Assembly: GCF_000143415.4 (NCBI RefSeq) | Contig: NW_003314274.1 | Location: 2,338,623-2,402,622 of the forward strand | Direction: 5' to 3' | From: Selaginella moellendorffii | Lineage: Eukaryota > Plantae > Lycopodiophyta | Length of the DNA: 64,000 nt | Part shown: positions 62,455-64,000 of the stretch, one piece after another | How positions within the stretch are numbered: the stretch's first letter is position 1 | How the letters are laid out: each line of letters begins with the position of its first letter | Translations under genes and position numbers: made by a program | The notes under the pieces: model-generated | The model's input: only the letters and a program-made list of their open reading frames with translations | What the model was told of the DNA's origin: nothing | The model's database searches: none

Positions 62455-63339
62455 CTATTTAAAAGTACCACTTAACTTTGAGAAACTTTCAAAGGGATTC
62501 TCATCTTCAACTGGTCCAGAATCAAAACGAAGCACATTATTCCAAGCGACCCACAACCTCTCCACAATATATGCTGATATATCTTCTATGCCTGATGGTA
62601 ATGGTATAAATGAGCAATTCTTATGCATCTGCTGCTTCTGGCACCCAACTAAACTTCCAATCTTTCCCTCATCTAATGCAAGCCACAGATTGATGCTAAA
62701 TGGCACACAAGGTGCCAAGCTTTCCAAGAGCCACACGCACACCACCTCTGCCACCCTTGCGTTGCCGTCTTTGAATGGCCTGTGGCCGAAAAACCACAAC
62801 AAAGTCTCTGCAGCGATTGTTATCAGGCGCTGGGCACGCTGCTGCCAACTGAGGCTCGGATCATTCTCCAAAGCTCCCACCTTGGTGTGGAGCTCATCAA
62901 TATACTTGCCCAAGGCATCACTATCAGCTTCCGCTTCTTCACCACCACCGTGATTCATCATCACAAGCTTGTGCACCTTGACAACATCCTCCAGGCTGAT
63001 GATGTCTCCCTTTTCTTGCCTCGTATCCATGTAATCTGCAGCAGCAACCAGGCCGGCAGGGATGGCACGGGGAACTTCCCTGGGGTCGTAATTTAATCGT
63101 AGCATCCTGGCCCTGGTGGCGCCTGGCTCCAGCGTGAAGGCTCGCGGAGCCACACACAGGTCTAAGAATTCCAAGAGCTGCATCTGCTTTCCAAGGTTAG
63201 GCTCAGGGACCTCCGACAGCTTGGGATGCACGGCCTCGATCTGTTGCAAGAGTTTGGAGGTGCCTACCTCTGGAACATACGCCCACGCTCTTTTGCATCC
63301 CCGCCGATGCCATCCAGGCAGCTCTGTCGCCCACTCCAT
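62455..63339 (-). CDS. Fic/Doc-domain protein with a variant active-site motif, apparently intronless
   Basis: ISLEDVVKVHKLVM (Fic helix) and FFGHRPFKDGNARVA, compared with consensus HPFxDGNGRxxR. First in-frame ATG at 63339. Confidence 0.7.
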   Translation of the reverse strand: MEWATELPGWHRRGCKRAWAYVPEVGTSKLLQQIEAVHPKLSEVPEPNLGKQMQLLEFLDLCVAPRAFTLEPGATRARMLRLNYDPREVPRAIPAGLVAAADYMDTRQEKGDIISLEDVVKVHKLVMMNHGGGEEAEADSDALGKYIDELHTKVGALENDPSLSWQQRAQRLITIAAETLLWFFGHRPFKDGNARVAEVVCVWLLESLAPCVPFSINLWLALDEGKIGSLVGCQKQQMHKNCSFIPLPSGIEDISAYIVERLWVAWNNVLRFDSGPVEDENPFESFSKLSGTFK

Positions 63340-64000
63340 AAGATGTTCTAGGGATCCAACCCTATACAAGTAAGGGCAATCGCAGCATCTTCAAAGGTGC
63401 TCGTGGAAAGATTCGCGCAAAATCCGACGGCTGGGATTAGCTTGCGATCTTAGCCGTCCAATTTAGGGCGTTTTGTCTTTTCAGCTTTCAGAATCTCTGG
63501 ATTGCATCTTTCTTCTTCTTGAGCTTTCGATCCATCGCTTCTTTCCGCATCTTTGGTTTGTGTGTTCGTTTCTCGTTTCCTTGCTTTGTTGGTTTTTATG
63601 CAGTATCAAGCTGTGGTTCCCAGTGGCTGATGATCGGGCAAGTTGCGGGAGGTGGGAAGCCTGATTGCTGGTAAAAAGGATAGTCCTTTTAGTGTAATAT
63701 AATCTAAGGACCCCCAAATATTTTAATTGTTCACTGCTTCTTCTAAGGGTTTATATGGTGACTCCCTATCGACTACTTTGAGCTTCAAGTGGATCCGCCT
63801 GAAGAGAATTGTGGCCTTTGTTATTGAGATGCCAGATCTTGGCATGCCAAGCAGAATCGATGGTCAATTCCTTTGCTCTAAGTCCTGCACAGCTTCTCTG
63901 GCTTGGAAGCAGGAAGGGACTCGCAGCGTGGGAATCCGAGCCCAAAAAAATGCTGGTATACTTTAGAACATTATCGTTTCCAGCGAGTTGCTCAATAATT

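Noticed and set aside
63700-64000. Gene fragment at the window end
   Set aside because: Short frames with stops and no recognisable domain; needs downstream sequence.

Overview
Eukaryotic (land plant) nuclear DNA with very short introns (mostly about 50-60 bp) and very tight gene spacing. This style suggests the lycophyte Selaginella, which is my inference and cannot be proven from the window. Conserved plant genes: TWD40-2 (3' part), MSL1, F-box/kelch, NEF1, rhomboid RBL11-like, PLAT protein, CTL-type GH19 chitinase, CYP40/SQN, LPEAT, RAD51C, RPN13, UBC32, L2HGDH, PIMT and WEE1. Three head-to-head pairs have only 37-47 bp between their start codons. Mobile DNA: (1) a full-length decayed chromodomain Ty3/Gypsy (9946-17890, TSD GATGG) containing a complete young Cassandra-type TRIM whose LTRs carry a 5S rRNA internal promoter (11701-12294, TSD ATGAT); (2) a nearly intact Ty1/Copia (52138-56577) inserted into exon 1 of a DUF3669-like kinase-fold gene and flanked by a 99-bp host duplication that may let it be spliced out. 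The right third is a rearranged accessory region holding atypical genes (fungal-type DUF3669 kinase, intronless SCP/FCP1-type phosphatase, Fic-domain protein) and deletion-riddled local copies of neighbouring genes (WEE1, phosphatase, kinase, tRNA-IPT; similar PIMT and SWIP copies lie further left). A stand-alone archaeal-ATPase-like P-loop gene lies at 5.7-7.1 kb. All family assignments come from recalled motifs; no database search was run.
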